Shown here: positions 52,190-59,779 of the stretch, piece by piece | Layout: the number at the start of each line of letters is the position of its first letter | Numbering within the stretch: the first letter of the stretch is position 1 | NCBI GenBank assembly: GCA_016936235.1 | Contig: JAFGPK010000042.1 | Span: forward strand, 32 to 64,031 | Length of the DNA: 64,000 bases | Reading direction: 5' to 3' | Source: Candidatus Fermentibacteraceae bacterium | Lineage (GTDB): Bacteria; Fermentibacterota; Fermentibacteria; Fermentibacterales; JCC-6 | Program-made: the position numbers and the translations under genes | Notes under the pieces: generated by a model | What the model was told of the DNA's origin: nothing | Database searches by the model: none | What the model saw: the letters and a program-made list of their open reading frames with translations, nothing else

Positions 52190-53560
52190 ATGTGGAACAT
52201 AAGGACCAGGATCCTGACTCTATTCATGATGATAGTCCTTATATGGCTGTTCTTTTTCTATAGCTCCGACGTGGTCAGCAGACTAAGACAAGCCAGGACC
52301 AAGGCCAACGAGACAATCGCCTGGTTCTGGGCCGGATCACAGGTACCCCTCAGCAGCCTGGCCGACATAGGCATGACTTATATCTGCAGTGAATGCGGCA
52401 CCACGTACCCGACATACAGTTTCAATCCGGACACTTCCATCACGGGGTACTGCCAGACCTGCGGAAAGGTCACAGAATGGTACTTCATCTCATTCGAGGG
52501 ATTCAGGGATAGGGAGCAGCTTCTAATGACCATCAGAAAGCTGTTCAGGGACCTTGTTGAACGGCTGGACTATACGACGTTGCTTACCGATACTGAAATG
52601 AGACCCCAGGTAGTCAACGGAGCGGCGGTCACCGATTCCATCAGCGCCGACAGCCTCAGGGTCCTGCATGTCCTGGCAAGAAAGCTGGACCTGGAGAACG
52701 ACCCCCTCCCCATAACCGATTCCAGCGGAGAGACAGTCGGCTACCTTCACTACGGATCGGATGAGCTTGAACAGGAGTTGCTTCTGGTACCGTACATCGA
52801 GATGGGTATCATTTCGGTGATGGTGCTGCTCTTCCTCCTTGTCATCAGGAGCGAGATAAGGAAGGAAAAGGAGATGTCCTGGATCGGATTCGCCAAGGAA
52901 ACGGCCCATCAGCTGAGCACACCCCTCTCGTCCCTGATGGGCTGGATAGAGATATTGGGCGACAGAACGGAACCCTCTGCGGACGGGGAGCTCGAAGAGG
53001 CCCTTGAATGCATGGAGGATGATGTCGATAGACTGAAGCAGATAGCGAACCGCTACGGTCAGATGGGGAAGAAGCCCAGACTGGAAAAGGGGCTTGTTAA
53101 TCCCGTCATCCTTGATACTGTACACTATTTCTCGGGCAGACCCGGCCTGCTCTCCGACGGGATAGTCCTTGAAACCGATTTCCGCTCCAAGTATCCCGTG
53201 AACCTCAATCCTGTCCTTTTCGGCTGGGTGATCGAGAACCTCCTTAAGAATTCCATTTCGGCGATAAAGGAGGATTCGGAGGGCACCATCAGGATCACCA
53301 CCAGGGATATCCTTGAAGCCAACGGCAAGGTCGAGGTGGAGATAGCTGACAACGGGATTGGCATTCCATTTTCCCACCAGAAGAAAATCTTCAGGGCCGG
53401 ATTCACCACAAGACGAGGCGGATGGGGTCTCGGTCTGACCCTGAGCAAGCGGATAATAGAGAGGCATCACAAGGGTAGTCTGCGGCTGAAGGCAAGTTCG
53501 CCGGGCAAGGGGACGACCTTTGTCATCCTGTTCTCGGCGGCGCGGGGGGATGGGGTATGA
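52190..53560 (+). CDS. Membrane sensor histidine kinase (PorY-like partner of the downstream REC-PglZ regulator)
   Basis: The ATG at 52190 lies 1 nt after the larA-like stop. TM1 is ILTLFMMIVLIWLFFFY. The ~190-aa loop contains CSECGTTY...CQTCGKV. TM2 is IISVMVLLFLLVI. The H-box is ETAHQLSTPLSSL, and the G boxes are EIADNGIGIP and GGWGLGLTLS. There is an ATGA overlap with the next gene. Confidence 0.8.
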   Translation: MWNIRTRILTLFMMIVLIWLFFFYSSDVVSRLRQARTKANETIAWFWAGSQVPLSSLADIGMTYICSECGTTYPTYSFNPDTSITGYCQTCGKVTEWYFISFEGFRDREQLLMTIRKLFRDLVERLDYTTLLTDTEMRPQVVNGAAVTDSISADSLRVLHVLARKLDLENDPLPITDSSGETVGYLHYGSDELEQELLLVPYIEMGIISVMVLLFLLVIRSEIRKEKEMSWIGFAKETAHQLSTPLSSLMGWIEILGDRTEPSADGELEEALECMEDDVDRLKQIANRYGQMGKKPRLEKGLVNPVILDTVHYFSGRPGLLSDGIVLETDFRSKYPVNLNPVLFGWVIENLLKNSISAIKEDSEGTIRITTRDILEANGKVEVEIADNGIGIPFSHQKKIFRAGFTTRRGGWGLGLTLSKRIIERHHKGSLRLKASSPGKGTTFVILFSAARGDGV

Positions 53561-55113
53561 TAAGCATCCTGTGGGTTGATGACGAGATACATCATCTGCG
53601 AAGCCACATCAGGTTCCTGGAGAAGCGCGATTACCGTGTCCTCACAGCACCCAACGGGAAAATGGCCCTTGAAGTCCTCAGGGACAACCAGGTGGACATT
53701 GTCCTTATGGACCAGATGATGGTGGGCATGGACGGTCTCGAGACCGTATCCTCCATTCGAAGGAACTACCACGCTCTGCCCATAGTGATGATCACCCAGA
53801 GCGAAGAAGAGGAGCTGATGGACATGGCCATCGGCAGCGAGGTCGATGATTTCCTGACCAAACCGGTGAATCCCAGCCAGATACTCCTTGTCATCAAGAA
53901 GCTGCTCATGGGTGATCGATTGAAGACGCAGAAGGCGGCAAGGGAGATGGTGGACCAGACAACCCGCCTGATGGAGATGAGAAGCCACGAAATGAACTTC
54001 AGGGACTGGATCGACTTCTACGGCTCCTGGGTGGAGAAGGACGTCGCATCCGAAGGCGCCATCACCGATGAGATGAAGACCCTGGACAGGTACAGGTTCG
54101 GAGAGATGGAGCTTGACTTCTCCCGCTTCGTGGAAAGAAGCTACCCCCTCTGGGTGTCCGGGGAGGATCCTGACACACCACTGATGTCCCATAATTTCCT
54201 GGAGAGGGTCGTGGTACCCCAGGGTGACAGCTCCCCCGAGCTGGTACTGATGGTAATCGACTGCATGAGGTATGACCAGTGGCTGACCATGGCACCTCAG
54301 CTCGAGAAGTGGTTCCACATCGAGACGGATTTCATGCTCTCGATACTGCCCTCCGCCACTCCCTACAGCAGGAACTCCATTTTCTCAGGCCTTCTGCCCA
54401 GGGACATATGGAGATTCTACAGGAAGATGTGGGATGAGAACTACGGTGATCCGGGCCTGAACAAGCATGAGCACTTCTACCTCACTGAGGCGCTGAGACG
54501 ACTGGGCTTCGGCAGGAGCATCGAGCCTGACTATGTCAAAGTGAGTAACAGGAGAGAGGGTGAAATGCTCATACATTCCCTCTCAAGGCATCTTAAGAAC
54601 GGATTCATGGCTCTGATAATCAACTATATAGATCATCTGACCCATGGGAGGTCGGAACTTGACCTCATAAGGGATCTTGCGCCTGATGTCTCCAGCTTCA
54701 GGAAACTCGCGGAGACATGGTTCAAGTCCTCCTTCCTCAGGGACCTGTTCCATACCCTGGCTGCACGGGGCTCCACGGTGATCATCACCAGCGACCACGG
54801 CTCGGTGTTCACTTCCAGGGAGACCAGGATAAGGGGCAGGGGGGTTTCCGGGAGCATCAGGTTCCGGTTCGGCACCTCGCTTTCCGCTGATCCAAAGACC
54901 GTGATATCAACCGGTGATCCCGCCCGATGGGGACTTCCGGACGACAGACCTTCAAAGAGCTACCTTTTCGCAAGATCCGATTATTTCATGATGTTCCCCA
55001 GCGTACCGAGGGATGAGATGTACAAGTTCAGGAACACTTTCCAGCACGGCGGGGTTTCGCTGGAAGAGATGATCGTGCCCAGTATAGTCATGAGACCAAA
55101 GAGCGTGAAATGA
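53557..55113 (+). CDS. porX: PorX-type response regulator: CheY-like receiver fused to a PglZ (alkaline-phosphatase superfamily) domain
   Basis: 518 aa. The REC motifs are ILWVDDE, IVLMDQMMVGMDG, IVMITQS and FLTKPV. The PglZ motifs are LVLMVIDCMRYDQW, ILPSATPYSRNSIFSGLLP, INYIDHLTHG, VIITSDHGS and FQHGGVSLEEMIVP. REC plus PglZ is the diagnostic PorX architecture. Confidence 0.8.
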   Translation: MISILWVDDEIHHLRSHIRFLEKRDYRVLTAPNGKMALEVLRDNQVDIVLMDQMMVGMDGLETVSSIRRNYHALPIVMITQSEEEELMDMAIGSEVDDFLTKPVNPSQILLVIKKLLMGDRLKTQKAAREMVDQTTRLMEMRSHEMNFRDWIDFYGSWVEKDVASEGAITDEMKTLDRYRFGEMELDFSRFVERSYPLWVSGEDPDTPLMSHNFLERVVVPQGDSSPELVLMVIDCMRYDQWLTMAPQLEKWFHIETDFMLSILPSATPYSRNSIFSGLLPRDIWRFYRKMWDENYGDPGLNKHEHFYLTEALRRLGFGRSIEPDYVKVSNRREGEMLIHSLSRHLKNGFMALIINYIDHLTHGRSELDLIRDLAPDVSSFRKLAETWFKSSFLRDLFHTLAARGSTVIITSDHGSVFTSRETRIRGRGVSGSIRFRFGTSLSADPKTVISTGDPARWGLPDDRPSKSYLFARSDYFMMFPSVPRDEMYKFRNTFQHGGVSLEEMIVPSIVMRPKSVK

Positions 55114-55535
55114 TGGATCAGCGGGCCCTGGAGCGTCTGGCCGCCGGTGTGGCCCGGGCTATGGGCCCTGGAAGCCGTCTGTACCTTACCGGAGATCTCG
55201 GTACCGGCAAATCAGTGTTCGCAAGAGCGGTCCTGAGAGAACTGGGAGTGGAAGGGGCGATCCCAAGTCCGAGTTTCATAGTCGATGCGGTCTACGAATC
55301 CCGTGGTCTCGAGATACATCACATTGACCTTTACAGGCTCAAGGGAAGCGCGGAAGAGCTGGAGTTCTACGGAATAGACGATGTCCTGGATTCCCGGGCC
55401 GCGGTGATCGTCGAGTGGGCGGACAGGCTCAAAGGTCTCAGGCTTCGGGATGGAGTGAAGGTGCATCTGGATTTCACTCCCGATCCTGGCAAAAGGGTGG
55501 TGAGCATCGATGGCAGGATTATGGCTGGGGATTGA
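55110..55535 (+). CDS. tsaE: tRNA t6A37 biosynthesis ATPase TsaE
   Basis: 141 aa. LYLTGDLGTGKSVFARAVLRELG...PSPSFIVDAVYES...HIDLYRL is the YjeE/TsaE signature. The ATGA start overlaps the porX-like stop. Confidence 0.9.
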   Translation: MMDQRALERLAAGVARAMGPGSRLYLTGDLGTGKSVFARAVLRELGVEGAIPSPSFIVDAVYESRGLEIHHIDLYRLKGSAEELEFYGIDDVLDSRAAVIVEWADRLKGLRLRDGVKVHLDFTPDPGKRVVSIDGRIMAGD

Positions 55536-56181
55536 GACCACTTCACCGACCGGCGGAATAGCCCTGACAAGGAACGGAGAGGTGCTGGCCGAGGAGTTCT
55601 TTCCCGTGATGGCGACCCATTCCGAGAATCTCCTTCCCGGAATTGCACGCATGCTGGAGCGCGGGCGCACCAGTGGAGAGGATATTGCCGGAATAGCCGT
55701 CTCGGCCGGCCCCGGCTCGTATACGGGGGTTCGGATAGGCATCTCCACCGCACAGGGTCTTGCAAAGGGGTGGAACACGGGGGTCGTGGCTGTTGGAACA
55801 TTGAGAGTCCTCGCGGTCTCGGTCGGGAGTCCACAGCCGGTGCTGGCCTGCATAAGGGCCAGAGAGGGTGAAGTATTCGCCGCGGTCTACAGCAGTGGCT
55901 CGCCTGAAGCGGCCGTGATCGTAGAACCGGCTGTCTATACTGCGGAAGCCCTCTTCCGCCGTGTATCCGAATTCGGCGGTGTTACGGCGGTAGGAAGCGG
56001 TCAGCGTGTAATATCACTCCCGCAGGGAGTATCAGGCACCGACGAGTCCATGGACCTGCCCAGGCCGTCCATCGCAGCCATCCTGGGATCGCTCCGGTTC
56101 GAGAAAGGCGGTTTCGACCCTTTCCCGGTGCCGCTATACCTTAGGGATTTCAACCAGAAAGCGAGTACATTTGTACCCTGA
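55510..56181 (+). CDS. tsaB: tRNA t6A37 biosynthesis protein TsaB (YeaZ)
   Basis: 223 aa. WLGIETTSPTGGIALTRNGEVLAE...HSENLLPGIARML...IAGIAVSAGPGSYTGVRIGISTAQGLA matches the family. It overlaps tsaE by 26 nt. Confidence 0.85.
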   Translation: MAGLWLGIETTSPTGGIALTRNGEVLAEEFFPVMATHSENLLPGIARMLERGRTSGEDIAGIAVSAGPGSYTGVRIGISTAQGLAKGWNTGVVAVGTLRVLAVSVGSPQPVLACIRAREGEVFAAVYSSGSPEAAVIVEPAVYTAEALFRRVSEFGGVTAVGSGQRVISLPQGVSGTDESMDLPRPSIAAILGSLRFEKGGFDPFPVPLYLRDFNQKASTFVP

Positions 56182-57403
56182 ACTGCGTCTGGCATCCCGG
56201 ACGGACATTCCCGCCATGCTGGAAATAGAGCAATTGTCCTTCTCCTGCCCCTGGGACTGGGAGACCTTGTCGAGCTGCATAGGCTCTCCCGCCTGCCGGA
56301 CCTGGACCGCGAGGATGAAGGGCGTCGTCAGAGGTTATGTAAGCGCATGCCTGGAGACGGAGGGCCTCCATATAGTCAATCTCGCCGTCCACCCATCATA
56401 CAGGAGGAAGGGACTGGCCTCGGCTCTGCTTGATACCGCCGAAGGCTGGGGGGAGCGTCTGGGTGCCGTCAGCGCACTGCTCGAGGTCAGGACAGGAGCT
56501 GTCGCCGCACGCGAGCTCTACGATCAGAGGGCCTACAGGGAGCTGGAGAGGCTGGAAGGCTATTACCCGGACGGGGAGGACGGACTGCTTCTTGTCAGGT
56601 CCCTTGTTCCTCGCGAAGATACAGCCGCCATGGCGTGGAGAATAATGGAAAGATGCGGGAAGGTTCCCGCAACAGGTGTGGTGCTGGGCTCGGGGCTCTC
56701 ATGGCTGGCCGAGGAGTCCGGTATCAGGTGCAGTCTGGATTACGGTGATGTGATGGAAGAATCATCGTCCCAGGTTCCGGGCCATCCCGGAAGACTTGTA
56801 TTCAGTGAATGTGGCAGATTCGTCTTCCTGCTGGGGAGGAGGCACCATTACCAGGGGTATTCCGATGACCAGATATCGGTCCTGCCCGGGATCCTGGGGG
56901 ATCTCGGTGTCAGCCGCTGGATACTGACATCATCCTCCGGAGCGGTGGATCCCTCACTCAAGCCCGGGGATGCCGTACTTTTCAGGGATCATGTCAATTT
57001 CACTGGTTGTGTACCCTCCTCCGGTCCGTGGAGGATCCGGCCGTCGGTGTATTCCCGCCTGCTTGCGGCGGCAGCCAGGGATGCCGCCCTGGAAAGCGGC
57101 ACGGTCGTTCGGGAAGGACTTTTCGCCTGTGTATCAGGACCCGCCTACGAGACCTCGGCGGAGATTGAGTTCCTGAATGGCAAAGGGTTCTCGACGGTTT
57201 CCATGTCAACTGTTCCCGAAGCGCTTCTCCTATCGTCAATGGGATTCGAGGTCTCCGCAGTGTCCCTCATCACCAACGAGGCGGCACCGGGGGCGGTCCT
57301 GACCCATGAGGAGGTCCTGGCCTCGCAGGGCAGGGTCCATGCGATGCAGGGGAAGTTCATGTCCGCTTTTCTAAGAAAGGCTGCATCATTTGGACTACAG
57401 TGA
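56171..57403 (+). CDS. Fusion of RimI-type N-acetyltransferase with a trimeric-type purine nucleoside phosphorylase (PunA/PNP family)
   Basis: 410 aa in a single frame. The GNAT region is LEIEQLSFSCPWDWETL...IVNLAVHPSYRRKGLASALL...LEVRTGAVAARELY. The PNP region is TGVVLGSGLS...VPGHPGRLVF...LLGRRHHYQGY...ILTSSSGAV...GLFACVSGPAYETSAEIEFL...GFSTVSMSTVPEA...SLITNEAA. Confidence 0.75.
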   Translation: MYPELRLASRTDIPAMLEIEQLSFSCPWDWETLSSCIGSPACRTWTARMKGVVRGYVSACLETEGLHIVNLAVHPSYRRKGLASALLDTAEGWGERLGAVSALLEVRTGAVAARELYDQRAYRELERLEGYYPDGEDGLLLVRSLVPREDTAAMAWRIMERCGKVPATGVVLGSGLSWLAEESGIRCSLDYGDVMEESSSQVPGHPGRLVFSECGRFVFLLGRRHHYQGYSDDQISVLPGILGDLGVSRWILTSSSGAVDPSLKPGDAVLFRDHVNFTGCVPSSGPWRIRPSVYSRLLAAAARDAALESGTVVREGLFACVSGPAYETSAEIEFLNGKGFSTVSMSTVPEALLLSSMGFEVSAVSLITNEAAPGAVLTHEEVLASQGRVHAMQGKFMSAFLRKAASFGLQ

Positions 57404-58667
57404 AGTAGAGGATTACATCTTCGCAAGAAGGCGAATGGGGATGAAGTTCGGTCTTGACAGAGTGAAGAAGCTCATGGCCGACGCAGACAACCCCCAGAGG
57501 TTTTTCAGGACCGTACATATCGTGGGCACCAACGGCAAAGGAAGCACCACCGCCTTCCTTGCTGTCATCCTGCAGGAAATGGGGCTCAGCGTGGGCAGGA
57601 TGACCTCGCCACACCTTCTTCATTACAGGGAGAGGGCATCCGTGAACGGCAGATGGATACCGGAGGCTGCCGTCGTTGAGTACGTGGAACTCTTCAGGGA
57701 AAGCATAGAGGAGTGCAGGGCGACATTCTTCGAGATAACCACCGTGATGTCCGCCTGGTACTTCCGGAAAGCAGGGGTGGACGTGGTGGCGGCTGAAGCC
57801 GGTCTCGGAGGAAGACTGGATGCTACCAGGCTGCTGGAGGGGGAGTTGACGGTATTCACCGGTGTGGAGATAGAGCATCGCAGGATTCTGGGTTCCACCG
57901 AACAGGCAATTGCCGCTGAGAAGGTGGCCATCGCCAGGGAAGGCAGCACCCTTGTCGCCTATGATCAGAAGCCGGAGGTAGAGGAGGTAATAAGGGACGC
58001 GGTAAGGAAGAGACGACTCCAGAGGATCGTGCCCGAACCTTCCGGTTCAGCGCCGCTGACAGGTGAGCATCAGAAGATGAACGCCGGGCTGGCCATCAGG
58101 GCCGCCTTGCTTTTCACTGGATCGGATAAGTCGGTTGTGAATGCAGCCTTCAGAAGAGCGAGTGCATCGTTCAGATGGGCAGGCAGGATAGACCTTCGTC
58201 GCGGGGAGCCGGACATCCTGTTCGATGTAGCTCACAATCCCGGTTCCATGGCTAACCTGGTACGGCATCTGGAGAAAGGTTGGACGCTGCCTGTGCCCGC
58301 CGTGATCGGATTCCTGGAGGACAAGCTCTGGCGGGATATGATCCTGCAACTCAAGGGGGTTCTCGATCCCGTGATAACCACAACGCCTGTGAACGAGCGG
58401 TGTCTGCCTGCCGGGATACTGGCGCAGGAGTTCCGGAAAGCGGGGTTCGACGCAGTTCCCGAGGACGACATAGGACGGGCGCTGGAGCTGGGAAGGAAGA
58501 AGGCTCATGGCCTGCTTGTGGTCACGGGCTCCTTCTTTGTCACAGGGGATGCCATGCTGCATGGCTGGAGAAAGGGCTGGATAGAGATGCCGGAGGCCGG
58601 TGAGGAGCCGGAACAGCTCTTCCCCGCACCGGGTGGCGTTGACACCCCGGAGCGGACTGGTTTATAG
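57390..58667 (+). CDS. folC: Bifunctional folylpolyglutamate synthase/dihydrofolate synthase
   Basis: 425 aa with a TTG start. It has MKFGLDRVKKLM and the P-loop HIVGTNGKGSTTAFLAVIL. Other Mur-ligase family motifs are FFEITTVMSAWYF, VAAEAGLGGRLDATR, HQKMNAGLA and DVAHNP. Confidence 0.9.
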   Translation: MDYSEVEDYIFARRRMGMKFGLDRVKKLMADADNPQRFFRTVHIVGTNGKGSTTAFLAVILQEMGLSVGRMTSPHLLHYRERASVNGRWIPEAAVVEYVELFRESIEECRATFFEITTVMSAWYFRKAGVDVVAAEAGLGGRLDATRLLEGELTVFTGVEIEHRRILGSTEQAIAAEKVAIAREGSTLVAYDQKPEVEEVIRDAVRKRRLQRIVPEPSGSAPLTGEHQKMNAGLAIRAALLFTGSDKSVVNAAFRRASASFRWAGRIDLRRGEPDILFDVAHNPGSMANLVRHLEKGWTLPVPAVIGFLEDKLWRDMILQLKGVLDPVITTTPVNERCLPAGILAQEFRKAGFDAVPEDDIGRALELGRKKAHGLLVVTGSFFVTGDAMLHGWRKGWIEMPEAGEEPEQLFPAPGGVDTPERTGL

Positions 58668-58714
58668 GTATCATCCCTGACAAAGGTATTCCAATGCAAT
58701 GGAGGTTTGAACCA

Positions 58715-58957
58715 ATGGCGGACAAGAAGAAGGCTGTTATCCCCAGGGAAGAGGATGGCGACAGCTCCGGGGGCGCGGCTCCCTTCACATTAACGAACTA
58801 CATTCTTTTCGCGGTGGGGCTTCTTGACATAGTGCTGGGCTGGTTCCTGCTCAGGGGAGGCCGCATAACCATAGCCCCGATCATGCTCATTCTCGGCTAT
58901 TGCGTCATCATCCCCATGGCCATCATCCTGCGGAGGAAACAGCCGGATAATGGCTAG
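58715..58957 (+). CDS. Small two-TM membrane protein (DUF3098-like)
   Basis: The ATG at 58715 lies 9 nt after GGAGG (58701-58705). MADKKKAVIPREEDG... is followed by two hydrophobic helices (YILFAVGLLDIVLGWFLL and IAPIMLILGYCVIIPMAIIL). The family label is from memory only. Confidence 0.55.
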   Translation: MADKKKAVIPREEDGDSSGGAAPFTLTNYILFAVGLLDIVLGWFLLRGGRITIAPIMLILGYCVIIPMAIILRRKQPDNG

Positions 58958-59708
58958 GATGTACGCCCCGGCCCCCTGCTTCGCCCTTTTCCTGCTGATC
59001 GCCTGCGGCGGGGGGGACGAACGCATTTCCAGGCCTGATCCTCTCCCTCTGACAGCTGCCGATACGGCATTCGTCCAGGTCAGCGGAGGTACGTTCATCA
59101 CCCCGGACGGCGATACTGTAGATATCCCCGGTTTCCGCCTCGGCAGGTATGAGGTCACCAACAGGCTCTACTACAACATCGCCTGCCAGGCCGGGATAGA
59201 ACTTCCCCCGGATCCGGAGTTCCCGGGAATGGACGAGTACCTCTTCAGCTGTCCTGATCATCCTGTGGTCAATGTCAGCATGGTGGAGGCCGCCATGGTG
59301 GCCTCGCATCTCGGCGGCAGGCTCCCTACGAGGACGGAGTGGCAGTATGCGGCCTCACTTGGACTTGCAGGGGATATCAGGGGCCAGTACCCCTGGGGGA
59401 GGCTCAATCCCCCCGATGCGGAGTATCCGGCCAACTACCTTGCCGGCGACGAATGGGAGACCAGGGGAATGGACGGCTACCTCTGGACGGCTCCGGTGGA
59501 TTCGTTTCCGCTGACCGACGCGGGTTTCGCATGTCAGGCGGGGAACGTGGCTGAATGGACACTGGCTCCGCTTGACTCGGTGGTCCACGTCTGCGGAGGA
59601 GCATGGCTCTCCCCTGCTGAGGGTATAACCGTCGATGCCTCGAGACTGCTCGCATCCGGGGACAGAGCCCGCCATATAGGCTTCCGCATTCTCATGCCGA
59701 TTGACTGA
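58950..59708 (+). CDS. Formylglycine-generating-enzyme (SUMF1/FGE-sulfatase fold) family lipoprotein
   Basis: 252 aa. The leader is CFALFLLIACGGG. The FGE-fold motifs are YEVTNRLYY, PVVNVSMVEAAMVASHLGGRLPTRTEWQYAA, YPWG, GNVAEWT, CGGAW and HIGFRI. Confidence 0.75.
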   Translation: MARMYAPAPCFALFLLIACGGGDERISRPDPLPLTAADTAFVQVSGGTFITPDGDTVDIPGFRLGRYEVTNRLYYNIACQAGIELPPDPEFPGMDEYLFSCPDHPVVNVSMVEAAMVASHLGGRLPTRTEWQYAASLGLAGDIRGQYPWGRLNPPDAEYPANYLAGDEWETRGMDGYLWTAPVDSFPLTDAGFACQAGNVAEWTLAPLDSVVHVCGGAWLSPAEGITVDASRLLASGDRARHIGFRILMPID

Positions 59709-59779
59709 ACACTTTCCTCTGACAGCCTGCCACTGCGCCGGAGGACCTTGCCTGATCTCCATACCGTGAGGGAGGGTCA

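Noticed and set aside
52523-54318. Two minus-strand ORFs (315 aa and 283 aa) over the kinase and porX-like genes
   Set aside because: They are antisense shadows. The + strand genes carry HisKA/HATPase and REC/PglZ motifs.
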